This document shows, piece after piece, positions 9,739-20,346 of a stretch of DNA of 64,000 nt. Source of the DNA: Candidatus Levyibacteriota bacterium (GTDB taxonomy: Bacteria > Patescibacteriota > Microgenomatia > Levybacterales > UBA12049). A program made the position numbers and the translations under genes. Each line of letters starts with the position of its first letter. Position 1 is the stretch's first letter. The DNA lies in NCBI GenBank assembly GCA_030651475.1, contig JAUSEW010000027.1, positions 41,553 through 105,552 of the forward strand, given 5' to 3'. The notes under the pieces were generated by a model. That model was not told the origin of the DNA, did no database searches, and saw only the letters and a list, made by a program, of their open reading frames with translations.

Positions 9739-11876
9739 AATTTTTAGTAAGAAAATATATTCTGCTTGGAATTATACTAACATTTTCCTACTTTCTTATT
9801 CTATTCTCCACAATGTCAGATTATGGAATGAATTGGGATGAGCCTCTGCATTTCTCAAGAGGTTTTGCATACCTTCACTATTTTCTTACTGGCAAAAAAG
9901 ATTTTTCCGGTTTATCTCAAGATAAACCCCATGTGGGAAACCCAGGGTATCCCAATATAAAAAAAGCTTTACAGGAATATGAGGAAAAACAGAAAAAGTT
10001 AACGTCAAACCTGAAAGCAAGCGGATACCAATATGAAGGGTGGACTCCTGAATATTTCCTTAAGAATGATAGCGGACATCCTCCCCTAAGCGACATTTTA
10101 GCAGCAGCTACAAACTATGTTTTTTACAGAAAGTTAGGAGTAATGGATGACTTAAACTCATACCATCTATTCGAAATTTTAACTGGCGGATTAATGCTTT
10201 TTGTAGTTTATATTTTTTCTGCCAGGTATTACGGAATTTTTGCAGGAATCGTTTCCTCTCTTTCTCTCTTTCTGTATCCTTTATTTTTTGGTGAAGTGCA
10301 TTTCAACATAAAAGATCCTCCTGAAGCAGCATTCTATACCCTTACAATCTTTGCTTTTTTTGAAGGAATAATAAGAAGGAAATGGAAATGGATTCTGGCG
10401 TCAAGTATTTCTTGTGGATTTGCGTTGGGCACAAAATTTAATATAGTTTTTCTGCCTTTTATAATTTCTCCCTGGTTCGTTGCTTATGTCTGGGGCAAGT
10501 TTAAATTTTCTAAGCTAATAGCGTTTGCTAAAAAGAATAAAACATTTTTATTCCATTTAGTATTTTATCCATTTATAGTATTTGCCATATTTTTTAGTAC
10601 ATGGCCTTACTTGTGGCAAGATCCATTTAAGAATTTATTGTCTGTAGTGTTATATTACAAAGGAATTGGTACCGGCGCAATTTATCAGTCAGGGTATTTA
10701 TTATTCGGATGGAATACATATGCAATACAATGGATTTTTTATACCACTCCTCCAATAGTAATCTTTTTATCTACAATAGGAATAATTTCTTCTATTTCTC
10801 TATTTAAAAAAGAAGAAAAAAAAACTTCCTTCCTATTTCTAATTTGGTTTATATTTCCAATTTTAAGGGTAAGCGTTCCCGGCTCATCTATATATGGTGG
10901 AGATAGACAAATAATGGAATTTCTTCCCGCAATGGCGCTTCTTTCAGGTTTGGGGGCGTTAATGCTTAAAAACTTTATTGTGAAGATTATTGTCCAATCT
11001 AAAATATTCGCAAAAAGTAGGCTTTACGTTATTAATGTTTCAGTAATGATATTTGTAATTATGTTATTTATGCAAGCAGGATTAAATATAATAAGCCTTC
11101 ATCCAAATGAAAATGTCTATTTTAATAGTTTTATTGGCGGGTTAAAAGGCGCTAAGGAAAGAAATATTTCAGGATGGGGTAACAGTTACGGAAATGCATA
11201 TCTTCAAGGCGTAGATTGGATGAATTCCAATGCTCCCCAAGATGCCAAGTTAGCTCTTATTTCCGCAACTCTTGGGAATATACCACGACCACGGCTAAGG
11301 ACAGATATTAGTTTGTACAATAACCATTGGAGCGGTACGGCAAGAAAAGGAGAATACTTAATGGATATGATCTCTCAAGGGTGGCCCCTGCAAGGATATC
11401 AGTATGAATACTTAGAGACTTTTCTTAATCCGGTTTATGATAAAAAAGTAGATGGGGTAACAATATTCAAGATTTGGAAAAATGACGCAGAGCATGCGAA
11501 AGAAGGTTTCTTAAACGAGGACAGTAATGTAGATATCGTATCAGCGGGGAGAGATGAAAACAACGGATTAAAAATTATTGTTAAGAACAATATTCTCCTA
11601 ACTAAACTTGATCTTTTTTACGATAATTCAGAGTGCGATTTATTGAAGGAAGGAACGGTTCATATTTCGGAAGATGGGATTATATGGCAAAGACAAGCAG
11701 ATAATGTTCCTATTTTGCAGGTTACTACAGATATAGAGCCAAAAGATAAACGTTTGGTTTATTTCTTTGCCGCTAAACCAGCAAAGTTTATATTGATTTA
11801 TCCTGATTCTAAAAATTCTTGCATATTCAATGTTGAAAAAGTTATTATTTCCAAATTGTCAGATATTACGCCATGA
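9735..11876 (+). CDS. GT-C (PMT/ArnT-like) membrane glycosyltransferase with C-terminal extracellular beta-domain
   Basis: WDEPLH loop after TM1, HPPL, NIKDPP and TKFN motifs, many TMs. ATGA overlap with the upstream stop at 9735. Confidence 0.75.
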   Translation: MKFLVRKYILLGIILTFSYFLILFSTMSDYGMNWDEPLHFSRGFAYLHYFLTGKKDFSGLSQDKPHVGNPGYPNIKKALQEYEEKQKKLTSNLKASGYQYEGWTPEYFLKNDSGHPPLSDILAAATNYVFYRKLGVMDDLNSYHLFEILTGGLMLFVVYIFSARYYGIFAGIVSSLSLFLYPLFFGEVHFNIKDPPEAAFYTLTIFAFFEGIIRRKWKWILASSISCGFALGTKFNIVFLPFIISPWFVAYVWGKFKFSKLIAFAKKNKTFLFHLVFYPFIVFAIFFSTWPYLWQDPFKNLLSVVLYYKGIGTGAIYQSGYLLFGWNTYAIQWIFYTTPPIVIFLSTIGIISSISLFKKEEKKTSFLFLIWFIFPILRVSVPGSSIYGGDRQIMEFLPAMALLSGLGALMLKNFIVKIIVQSKIFAKSRLYVINVSVMIFVIMLFMQAGLNIISLHPNENVYFNSFIGGLKGAKERNISGWGNSYGNAYLQGVDWMNSNAPQDAKLALISATLGNIPRPRLRTDISLYNNHWSGTARKGEYLMDMISQGWPLQGYQYEYLETFLNPVYDKKVDGVTIFKIWKNDAEHAKEGFLNEDSNVDIVSAGRDENNGLKIIVKNNILLTKLDLFYDNSECDLLKEGTVHISEDGIIWQRQADNVPILQVTTDIEPKDKRLVYFFAAKPAKFILIYPDSKNSCIFNVEKVIISKLSDITP

Positions 11877-13030
11877 GAATAGCATTTATAACCCACAACT
11901 ATCCTTTATCTTCAAAAGAGAGAGGCAATGCTGGAATTTTCGTTTCAGATATGGCACGGGAGTTCGCAGAAAGAGGGCACAATATTCAGGTTTTCGTTGT
12001 TAACGCATCAGTTACGAAAACAACAGTTTGTTTAGATGGTAGACTTAAAATCCACTTTTTGGGTAAGGGAAGTCTTAGGAAAAGTCTCGGTGAAGTTAAA
12101 TTCTACGATATATTCGATCTGATCAGGCTTTGTATATTATTTATTCAGTCAAAAAATGATATAGAAGCAATCGTTAAGAAAAACCCGGTTGATTTATGTT
12201 TGGCGTTTTGGGCAATTCCGGCTGGTATATTGGCATACCAGATCAAGAAGTCCTTAAAAGTTCCATACGGCATATGGGCTCTTGGTTCAGACATATATGT
12301 TTATCAAAAGTTGCCCATCGTAGGATATTTGATTAAAAAATCTGTTGATAATTCAAATTTTCTTCTTGCAGATGGTATTGATTTGGCCAATAAAATTACT
12401 AAATTTAGCAACAAGATTTGCGCATTTCTTCCTTCAGCGACATCGTTTGGAAATATAAAGAAAATAAAAGTTTCTATAGATGAAAGATTGGTAAATTTTA
12501 TTTTTTTGGGACGTCTCGAAAAGGTGAAAGGTCCCGATATACTTTTATCTTCGCTCGCGATGCTACCAAAAGAGATAAATTACCATGTTTATTTTTTGGG
12601 CGGAGGAGTGCTGCTTGAGAGATTAATCCAAAAAAGCGTAGAATATGGACTAAGAGAAAAAGTTTCGTTTTTGGGAAACGTAGATGATAAAAATATTATA
12701 TTTTCATATCTTGCGAAATCGGATTTATTAGTTATTCCATCGAGAAGCGATAGTATTCCTTTGACTCTGACAGAGGGTGCAAAAGCAGGAATTCCCGTTA
12801 TTGTTTCAGATGCCGGAGATATGCATTTTTTAGTAAAAAAATACAAAATAGGATATACGTTCCCAGCGGGAGATATTAAAAATCTATCAGCGACGTTGGA
12901 AGCATTTATTAAGAACGGAAAAAATAAAAGAAAAAGTTTTGAAAATAATCTAAACGTTTTCGCAAAAGACTTTAATGTATCGCAAATAGCATCAAATTTA
13001 ATAAAAAATATAGAATTATCCAAAAATTGA
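11873..13030 (+). CDS. GT4 glycosyltransferase
   Basis: ALGSDI, FLGRLEKVKGPD and PSRSDSIPLTLTEG motifs. Confidence 0.9.
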   Translation: MRIAFITHNYPLSSKERGNAGIFVSDMAREFAERGHNIQVFVVNASVTKTTVCLDGRLKIHFLGKGSLRKSLGEVKFYDIFDLIRLCILFIQSKNDIEAIVKKNPVDLCLAFWAIPAGILAYQIKKSLKVPYGIWALGSDIYVYQKLPIVGYLIKKSVDNSNFLLADGIDLANKITKFSNKICAFLPSATSFGNIKKIKVSIDERLVNFIFLGRLEKVKGPDILLSSLAMLPKEINYHVYFLGGGVLLERLIQKSVEYGLREKVSFLGNVDDKNIIFSYLAKSDLLVIPSRSDSIPLTLTEGAKAGIPVIVSDAGDMHFLVKKYKIGYTFPAGDIKNLSATLEAFIKNGKNKRKSFENNLNVFAKDFNVSQIASNLIKNIELSKN

Positions 13031-13031
13031 T

Positions 13032-14438
13032 ATGACTAAAGCATTAATAATTGGAGCTGGGGTAGCGGGAAAGGAGCTTCTTGAAGAGCTTAGGAAACAT
13101 AAAAGCATCAAGGTTGAGGTTGTTGGATTCATAGATGATGATTTGAGAAAGATTGGCAAAAGAGTTTTAGGAGTGCAAGTTTTGGGTCAAATAAATGGTC
13201 TCCGTATGGCGATAAAAAAATATAAGGTTAGTGAGGTGTTTATCGCTATTCCTTCTGCGAAAGGAGGAATAATCAGAAAAATTATAGAAAAATGTAAAGA
13301 TCTAAATATAGCTTTTAAAGTTATCCCAAGAACGCTAGATATTATACAAGGAAAAGTTGCGATTAGTCAGATCAGGGACGTAGATGTTTCCGATCTGATA
13401 GGCAGAGAAATGGTTCAAATGGAGCAAAATGCCCTAATAAATTTTTTTAAGGGGAAAAAGATTCTTATTACAGGAGCATGCGGATCGATTGGACACGAAA
13501 TATGCAGGCAATTGGCGCTTTTTTCTCCAAAAAAACTTATTTTTTATGATTGGTGGGAAAATGGAATGTTTGATCTGGATTTAGAATTTAAATCAAAATT
13601 TACGAATATAAGCACAAAAAGCATAATCGGAGACATAAAGGATGAGGTGAAGGTAGATAGAGTTTTTAAAGAAGAAAAGCCTGATATAATTTTTCATGCC
13701 GCTGCGTATAAGCATGTGCCATTGATGGAAGATAATCCAAGTGAGGCGGTTAAGAATAACGTATTCGGAACGATGGTTATAGCAAAAATTGCCAAAAAAT
13801 ATACATCATCGCATTTCGTATTAATATCGACAGATAAAGCAGTTTATCCAAAAAATGTAATGGGCGCCACAAAACGGATTGCAGAAAGCATTGTATCTGA
13901 ATTTTCAAAAAAATCTTTTACAAAATTTATATCTGTTCGTTTTGGTAATGTTTTAGATAGCTTTGGCAGCGTTTTGCCTTTGTTTAAAAAACAAATAAGT
14001 GAGGGTGGTCCCGTAACAGTTACTCATAAGAATATGCAAAGATTCTTTATGTCCATACCTGAAGCTGTACAGCTTATTTTTCAGGCAACCGTATTTGGAA
14101 AAGGCGGAGAAATTTTCATACTCGATATGGGAGAGCAGATAAGAATAGTAGATTTAGCAAAACTTTTGATAAAACTTTCAGGTCTTGTTCCTCAAAAAGA
14201 TATTAAAATAGTTTATACGGGATTAAGACCTGGGGAAAAGTTTAGCGAGGAACTTTTTACAGAAAAAGAAAATCTAACGAAAACTTTAAATAAAAAGATT
14301 TTTATTGCAGAAAATTCAAATTTGGAATTGAAAGATTCTGAAGGAATAATTAAAACACTCCTGCAGCACGCGAATCATTTTAGTGACGAGATGGTAAGGG
14401 AAGATCTGTCAAAAATTTTTACATCTTTTAAAAACTAA
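13032..14438 (+). CDS. PglF/CapD-like UDP-GlcNAc 4,6-dehydratase lacking the N-terminal membrane domain
   Basis: CoA-binding-like N-domain, TGACGSIG, HAAAYKHVPLME, STDKAV, RFGNV and GLRPGEK motifs. Confidence 0.92.
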   Translation: MTKALIIGAGVAGKELLEELRKHKSIKVEVVGFIDDDLRKIGKRVLGVQVLGQINGLRMAIKKYKVSEVFIAIPSAKGGIIRKIIEKCKDLNIAFKVIPRTLDIIQGKVAISQIRDVDVSDLIGREMVQMEQNALINFFKGKKILITGACGSIGHEICRQLALFSPKKLIFYDWWENGMFDLDLEFKSKFTNISTKSIIGDIKDEVKVDRVFKEEKPDIIFHAAAYKHVPLMEDNPSEAVKNNVFGTMVIAKIAKKYTSSHFVLISTDKAVYPKNVMGATKRIAESIVSEFSKKSFTKFISVRFGNVLDSFGSVLPLFKKQISEGGPVTVTHKNMQRFFMSIPEAVQLIFQATVFGKGGEIFILDMGEQIRIVDLAKLLIKLSGLVPQKDIKIVYTGLRPGEKFSEELFTEKENLTKTLNKKIFIAENSNLELKDSEGIIKTLLQHANHFSDEMVREDLSKIFTSFKN

Positions 14439-14441
14439 ATT

Positions 14442-15494
14442 ATGATCTCATTTTCAAAAACCGTAATAGGAAAAGAAGAAATAGAAAGCGTTGTAAAAGT
14501 TCTTAAAAGCGGGTGGTTGACTATGGGAGAGGAAACTTTAGCCTTTGAAGAAGAATTTGCAAATTATGTTGGAACTAAATTTGCCGTCGCTTTGAATAGC
14601 TGCACGGCAGGACTTTTTTTAAGTCTCAAAGCTCTAGGTATTGGCATAGGAGATGAAGTAATTGTCCCTTCTTTTACATTTGCATCGACAGTTAACGTAG
14701 TTGTTCATTCTGGAGCAATTCCAGTTTTTGCAGATATAAAAAAAGATGATTTTACTCTTGATCCCAAAAGCGTTGAGAGACTTATAACAAAAAAAACTAA
14801 AGCAATTATGCCTGTTCATTATGCGGGAAGGAAAGCTTTTATAAATTACGAATTACCCGTCGTTGAAGATAGTGCCCATCTTATTCCAAAAAGCGAGGCT
14901 TCAAAAAATCTAACAGCTTACTCATTTTATGCAACCAAAAATATGACAACGGGAGAGGGTGGTATGATAACAACAGACGATGAGAAATTGGCTATTTGGC
15001 TTAGGAAGGCTAGGCTTCACGGTATGTCTAAAGATGCATGGAAAAGATACGATAATCAAGGCAAGTGGAGATACGATATAGAATTTCCTGGTTATAAATT
15101 AAATACCACCGATTTAAATTCCTCTCTTGGGAGAGTTCAGCTTAGAAGGCTTCCTGTTCTGCAGACAAAAAGAACAGATTTAGTTCATTACTACAATAAA
15201 CTTTTGGGATTGAGTAATACGGGAAATCATCTCTATCCCATTCTTGTTGAGAATAGGGATGAATTCATTGAAGATATGGCAAACCATGGTGTTCAGTGCT
15301 CCGTGCATTTCATCCCGGTGCATACGATGACCGCATACAAAAACTGTAAGGTAAGTTTACCCAATACGGAGTATATAGGAGATCGAGTCGTAACTCTTCC
15401 TCTCCATCCTCTTTTGTCTCAAAAAGATATAGAGTATGTTTCTAAATTAGTGATTAAATTTGCAAAAGGATCAAAGTTTGAAAATAAGGCTTGA
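14442..15494 (+). CDS. DegT/DnrJ/EryC1/StrS aminotransferase
   Basis: SGWLTMG, EDSAH and SFYATKNMTTGEGG (catalytic Lys) motifs. Confidence 0.93.
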   Translation: MISFSKTVIGKEEIESVVKVLKSGWLTMGEETLAFEEEFANYVGTKFAVALNSCTAGLFLSLKALGIGIGDEVIVPSFTFASTVNVVVHSGAIPVFADIKKDDFTLDPKSVERLITKKTKAIMPVHYAGRKAFINYELPVVEDSAHLIPKSEASKNLTAYSFYATKNMTTGEGGMITTDDEKLAIWLRKARLHGMSKDAWKRYDNQGKWRYDIEFPGYKLNTTDLNSSLGRVQLRRLPVLQTKRTDLVHYYNKLLGLSNTGNHLYPILVENRDEFIEDMANHGVQCSVHFIPVHTMTAYKNCKVSLPNTEYIGDRVVTLPLHPLLSQKDIEYVSKLVIKFAKGSKFENKA

Positions 15495-15512
15495 TCAAGC
15501 TTACGGAAGATT

Positions 15513-16094
15513 CTATTGTTTTATCCTATACTCCTCTATTGTTTCAAGATTTCTTTGTGAGAAATAAATAATATTTGTAAAGGCTTGTTTATTTTTTTCG
15601 GGAACTCTTTTAATTAACGATGCGAGCACTTCCTGGTGTTTTAACGAAGCTGTTTTTAATTTTTTAAAAAAATTAGCATTTGGTTTTTGGCGAAACTTAT
15701 ATAATTGCTGAGTTAATAAAGTGTAGTTATTTTCTGCTTTTAAAGCTGTTTGTAGGGCAAGGTCAACCTTATTATTGTCAATAAGCATTGCTGTCGCTAG
15801 AATTCCTTTATCTGTTTGGAGTAGGTAAAATTCGATTTTCTTATTAGGATCTGATATTAAAGATGCAACTATTTTATCCCTAACAACCTTCAGTTTATAT
15901 AAGGGATTATCTGGAAGAATACCTGGATAAGCAAGGTCATATTTAATTATGGTAGATTGAGTTGATTCCTCTGCAAATGAAGTCTGTACAATAGGAAAAA
16001 TAAATAACGAAAATAATATTATAAGTATATGCAATGCGCTTTTTTTTATTTGAGTATTATTAATATAATCGATTATGAATCTAGGCAATAGCAT
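15513..16094 (-). CDS. DUF5667-like membrane-anchored helical protein (common in CPR)
   Basis: N-terminal TM/signal followed by YDLAYPGILPDNPLYKLKVVRDKI. The start is uncertain. Confidence 0.65.
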   Translation of the reverse strand: MLLPRFIIDYINNTQIKKSALHILIILFSLFIFPIVQTSFAEESTQSTIIKYDLAYPGILPDNPLYKLKVVRDKIVASLISDPNKKIEFYLLQTDKGILATAMLIDNNKVDLALQTALKAENNYTLLTQQLYKFRQKPNANFFKKLKTASLKHQEVLASLIKRVPEKNKQAFTNIIYFSQRNLETIEEYRIKQ

Positions 16095-16096
16095 TG

Positions 16097-18343
16097 TCAA
16101 GGTCCAAAAAATTGGAGATTATCAAAATAAAATGACCCTGATGATTTTGTCGCAGTAACATTTAGGGAGACGATAGCGAAGCTTGTGCCATTTGGAGCAA
16201 TTGCAGAAACTGATACTTTTTTCCATTCCGGGTCACCATAAATTCTTGGGGAAAGAGCAACCGCATTACCTGGCAAAATAATTTTGCTTTCCGGGTCTTT
16301 ATAAAAGTCTATTCTTAAAAATCCATCCCTTTCATTCGATTTAAGAATTTGATTGGATTTTATCCAACCCGAAAATGTATATATCTTTCCACCTGTAACG
16401 TTGATTCTTTGAGAAACTATTTTTGGCGCAGTAAAAAAAATATTTTCCCATCTATACTCTAATGCACCTTTTTCAATGCCTTCATTTTTGGCATATAACA
16501 TCTCTACTTTCTTGGAAGGAATTGAATAGGTCTGAAGATGCCAAAAATTCGTGTCATTTATAGTTTCAAATGAAAAGTTTTTAATTAAGTTTTTAGATTC
16601 GGGTAGCAGAGGAGGAAGTTTATAAAATAAAAGATTATCTTGAGCGCACATATCTGGTTTTGACAGTTCTTTTAGCAGCGTTGCTCTTGTTTCGTACTCA
16701 TATAAAGACAAGAGAACGAAATTATTTTCATAGATATCTGATGGGGGAATAAAAAAATCAGTGTCAAATCTATAAGCGTAATATCCCAATGCGTTACTTT
16801 TATTTATAAATGCGTAGTCAGAGTGCGTATCGCGTACTTCTTCGAGGGAAAAATTTTCAGTAGGCTTAATCTCTATCAGTTTATCAAAGTCTTTCGAAGG
16901 AAAAGAAATATATGTTTTGTATGCAACCCTTGGATTATAAGGCATATTATCGGCAATCCACTCTTGGCTTTGCTGATAAACTGTTTTTTGTCCGCAAGCC
17001 CAGCTTGAGCTGAAAGATTGAGTAAAGGGATAATAAAAAACAGAAAGACAAACTATTCCGAAAATAACTTTTGCTTTAACAGTATTAAACTGTTTTATCC
17101 GATTCCAGAAAGTATGGATGAAAACGCCAATAAATAAAGCTAAAAATGGCGTGATGGGTATTGCCAGTCTTTCATATTGCGCGTGCATATAAGAGCTAAT
17201 GTAAATAAAAGTAATAAATGGGATTATTGATAAAAATATAAATTGTTTTGGAAACTTTAGTAAAGTTATTCCTAAGCCGATCAAGGAAGCAATTGTTGGT
17301 ATTTGTCCTAAGCCCTTGAAGAAAATAAAACTCGCATAATAGGGAAGGAATTCATTCGGCGTAAGAGTTGTAATGTTTGGCAATATGCCTTGTCCGTTAG
17401 ACAGAACAAAAGATGCAAGGGACGAGACATAAGTTGATATAGTCGTGCTATACCATGGCAAAACCCATTTTTCCATATCTTGCTGAAAGATGATATGACT
17501 TTGGGAGTTTAGGAAAAGATAGGGTAAGCCGACGAAGATTCCAATGGGCACTGCAATAAAACCAAGTATAATTCTTAACGGCCACATTTTGTTTTTCTGT
17601 TTATCAAGAAGAATTGCAATGGGATAAACAAGTAAAGCAACAGGAAAATACCTAACAGCAGTTGAAAATCCGATCATAAAACCTGAAAGAAGATACCATT
17701 TTAACTTACCTGTTTTAAAAAGATTGACCATAAAAAGAATAGCTAACAAGATAAAGAATGTTGCGGGCACATCTGTTGTGAGATAATGCGAATCGCGAAC
17801 GTGAAACGGAAAAATAGCAAAGGAAAAAGCAGCTAAAAGCGCAATCGGTTTATTTAAAAGCTTCTTAGCTATTAAATAAAGAATAAGCACGCTTGCTGTT
17901 CCTAAAAGCATAACTAATGCTCTTTGAGACCAGAATATCAGCGTTTGGTGTTGACTATATCCAATCTTTGCAACGTATTCGATAAATGAAGGCATCGAAT
18001 AGGTTATGTTAAAAGGTAAAAATACACTCTGTATTCCTTCCATCAGATAGGAGATAAATATAATTGGGAAATACGGAATGGCCGCAAGATAAAAAATGAA
18101 TGACCCGTATTTATATGTATAAGAATTAAAATCGCCTTTTGCAATAATGTTGTAGAATAATTTTTCCGAATATGTTTGCACCCATCCTTCATCAGGGTGA
18201 TTTATGAAGTTGGGATAAAGTCCAAGTATCCGAACAAAGAAAGCAATAAAAAGAATTAATGTTAAAATTTTGTTTCTGCTCATTAATTCCAATATGGGTT
18301 TAACTACATTGCTTAATATCTGTTGAATTTTTTTCTTCTTCAT
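16097..18343 (-). CDS. GT-C (ArnT/PMT-like) glycosyltransferase with C-terminal CBM4/9-like domain
   Basis: HPDE loop, SHYLTTDVP, many TMs, and a C-terminal 'NLIKNFSFE...YTFSGWIK...FYFDNL' jelly-roll pattern. Confidence 0.78.
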   Translation of the reverse strand: MKKKKIQQILSNVVKPILELMSRNKILTLILFIAFFVRILGLYPNFINHPDEGWVQTYSEKLFYNIIAKGDFNSYTYKYGSFIFYLAAIPYFPIIFISYLMEGIQSVFLPFNITYSMPSFIEYVAKIGYSQHQTLIFWSQRALVMLLGTASVLILYLIAKKLLNKPIALLAAFSFAIFPFHVRDSHYLTTDVPATFFILLAILFMVNLFKTGKLKWYLLSGFMIGFSTAVRYFPVALLVYPIAILLDKQKNKMWPLRIILGFIAVPIGIFVGLPYLFLNSQSHIIFQQDMEKWVLPWYSTTISTYVSSLASFVLSNGQGILPNITTLTPNEFLPYYASFIFFKGLGQIPTIASLIGLGITLLKFPKQFIFLSIIPFITFIYISSYMHAQYERLAIPITPFLALFIGVFIHTFWNRIKQFNTVKAKVIFGIVCLSVFYYPFTQSFSSSWACGQKTVYQQSQEWIADNMPYNPRVAYKTYISFPSKDFDKLIEIKPTENFSLEEVRDTHSDYAFINKSNALGYYAYRFDTDFFIPPSDIYENNFVLLSLYEYETRATLLKELSKPDMCAQDNLLFYKLPPLLPESKNLIKNFSFETINDTNFWHLQTYSIPSKKVEMLYAKNEGIEKGALEYRWENIFFTAPKIVSQRINVTGGKIYTFSGWIKSNQILKSNERDGFLRIDFYKDPESKIILPGNAVALSPRIYGDPEWKKVSVSAIAPNGTSFAIVSLNVTATKSSGSFYFDNLQFFGP

Positions 18344-18350
18344 CCTTTCA

Positions 18351-18407
18351 ATATTAACAGAATATTTTTGATAATTCCATTACGGGAGAATATTATTATG
18401 TTATAAT
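18351..18407. promoter_or_regulatory. Divergent extended -10 elements
   Basis: Minus strand: TGtTAATAT at 18359-18351, 7 nt before the ATG at 18343. Plus strand: TGtTATAAT at 18399-18407, 15 nt before the ATG at 18423. Confidence 0.45.
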
Positions 18408-18422
18408 TCTACTTAAGTTTCA

Positions 18423-19550
18423 ATGAAGTTTTTAGATAATAAAGAATTCGATGTGGTGATAATTGGAGGGGGTTTTTATGGCTGTATGCTGGCATTATTT
18501 TTGCGTGCACATTTTGACAAAGTCCTCATTATTGAAAAAGAAGAAGATCTTTTAACAAAGGCTTCGTATAATAATCAGGCGCGAGTACATAATGGTTATC
18601 ATTATCCGAGAAGCTTTATTACCGCATTAAGGTCTCATGTAAATTTCGCTCAATTTAGTGCGAATTTTAAAGAGGCAATAGAAGATAATTTTACGATGGC
18701 TTATGCTATAGCCTCCAATAATTCAAAAGTGACAAGTTCTCAATTTCTAAAATTTTGCAATCAAGTAGGTTCTCCTATTAAGCCAGCTCCCGAAAAAATA
18801 AAAAGGCTGTTTGATCAAAGATTAATAGAGGAGGTTTTTGCCGTTGAGGAAGTCGTATATAATGCGAGAATATTAAGAGAGCTGTTGAAAGATAAACTGC
18901 AAAAGGCGAGCGTAAAAATTTCATACAATACGGAAGTTACGAAGATAAGTAAACAAAAAGACGGAAACATAAGTATTGTCACTAAAAACAATAATTACAT
19001 AACAGGGAAGCATGTTTTTAATTGCACTTACTCGCAAATAAATACGGTACTTAATAATTCTAATTTACCGTTTCTTCCTTTTAAACATGAATTTACAGAG
19101 ATGCCTTTAATTAGAATGCCAAAAGAATTAAAAAATTTCGGGGTAACGATAATGGACGGTCCATTTTTTTCTATAATGCCTTTTCCTGATAAAAAATTAC
19201 ATACCTTGCATCATGTTCGTTATACTCCACGTTTTGCATGGTCAGATCTAGATAATAAACGTAGAGGTAAAAAAAGAATTGAGCTATCAAGTTTTAAAAA
19301 AGACTCGCATTTTGCATTTATGATGAAAGATGCTCAAAGATATATACCATCCCTGAAAGGGCTTAAGCATTTAGGTTCGATATGGGAGACAAAGACTCTT
19401 TTGATTGAAAATGAGGATAATGATAGGCGGCCGATTTTATATAGAAAAGACTACGGGATAAAAAATTTTCATATTGTCATGGGCGGTAAAATAGACAATA
19501 TCTATGATGCTATAAATGAGATTAAAAGACAGAATCCGGATTTTAACTAA
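18423..19550 (+). CDS. FAD-dependent oxidoreductase (DAO-like)
   Basis: IIGGGFYG, ASYNNQARVHNGYHYPRS, MDGPFFS and GGKIDN motifs. Confidence 0.88.
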   Translation: MKFLDNKEFDVVIIGGGFYGCMLALFLRAHFDKVLIIEKEEDLLTKASYNNQARVHNGYHYPRSFITALRSHVNFAQFSANFKEAIEDNFTMAYAIASNNSKVTSSQFLKFCNQVGSPIKPAPEKIKRLFDQRLIEEVFAVEEVVYNARILRELLKDKLQKASVKISYNTEVTKISKQKDGNISIVTKNNNYITGKHVFNCTYSQINTVLNNSNLPFLPFKHEFTEMPLIRMPKELKNFGVTIMDGPFFSIMPFPDKKLHTLHHVRYTPRFAWSDLDNKRRGKKRIELSSFKKDSHFAFMMKDAQRYIPSLKGLKHLGSIWETKTLLIENEDNDRRPILYRKDYGIKNFHIVMGGKIDNIYDAINEIKRQNPDFN

Positions 19551-20329
19551 GGATTATAAGCATTTGCAAGAATTTTTAATACAGTAAATAGCAAATCCAT
19601 GTTTCCCCTTATGCCTGTAATTTTTGTAGGAATTTCTCCTTTTGGGTAAATTCTGCTAACAGGAATCTCTTTAGTCTTAAGCCCAAGCTGATTGGCTCTT
19701 GCTGTAAGATAGAATATTAATTCATATCTATCGAAAATTTTCCTAAATGGTTTAACTTTTGGGTGAAGCAGATACTTTTTGCTATATGCCCTAAAGCCGT
19801 TAGTGGTATCAGTATACCAATAACGCGCTGCAAGACTTAAAAGAGGCGCATGAAGAAAACGTATTCCAATAGCTCGAAGAAGAGGGGTGTTTACCCATAC
19901 GCCGCCTTTAATAAAGCGGGATCCTTGAACATAATCAAATCCTTCATCTAGGGCGCGAACGAAATCGGGTATGGCATCTATACCGTCTTTTCCGTTGCCG
20001 TCTATGGTAATCACGCCTTCGTATCCTTGTTCTAAAGCGTATGCGAATCCCATCCGAAGTTGTGCGCTTTGTCTTCCTTTTTCTTTTAGCACCAATAAGC
20101 TTCTGACCTTATTCTTTTTTAAAAAATTAGCGTCTGTTGACCCATCGGTACTGCCTTTGTCAAGGATGATAATATCAACCAGAGAAGCATATTTGTTCAT
20201 TGCTATCAATTGCTGTTTGAATTTTTCTCCTTCGTTTACAACAGGAATACAAATGCAGTATTTTGTTTCTTTTGGCTTAAACTCAAGCAAAGCGTAGGGT
20301 GGTATTTCCCAGTTAGTTTGCCTTAACAT
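19547..20329 (-). CDS. GT2, Dol-P-Man synthase-like
   Basis: IPVVNEG, DKGSTDGS, IDGNGKD, QGSRF and TDTTNGFRAYS motifs. Confidence 0.9.
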   Translation of the reverse strand: MLRQTNWEIPPYALLEFKPKETKYCICIPVVNEGEKFKQQLIAMNKYASLVDIIILDKGSTDGSTDANFLKKNKVRSLLVLKEKGRQSAQLRMGFAYALEQGYEGVITIDGNGKDGIDAIPDFVRALDEGFDYVQGSRFIKGGVWVNTPLLRAIGIRFLHAPLLSLAARYWYTDTTNGFRAYSKKYLLHPKVKPFRKIFDRYELIFYLTARANQLGLKTKEIPVSRIYPKGEIPTKITGIRGNMDLLFTVLKILANAYNP

Positions 20330-20346
20330 AATTTTTCCTATTTGTA

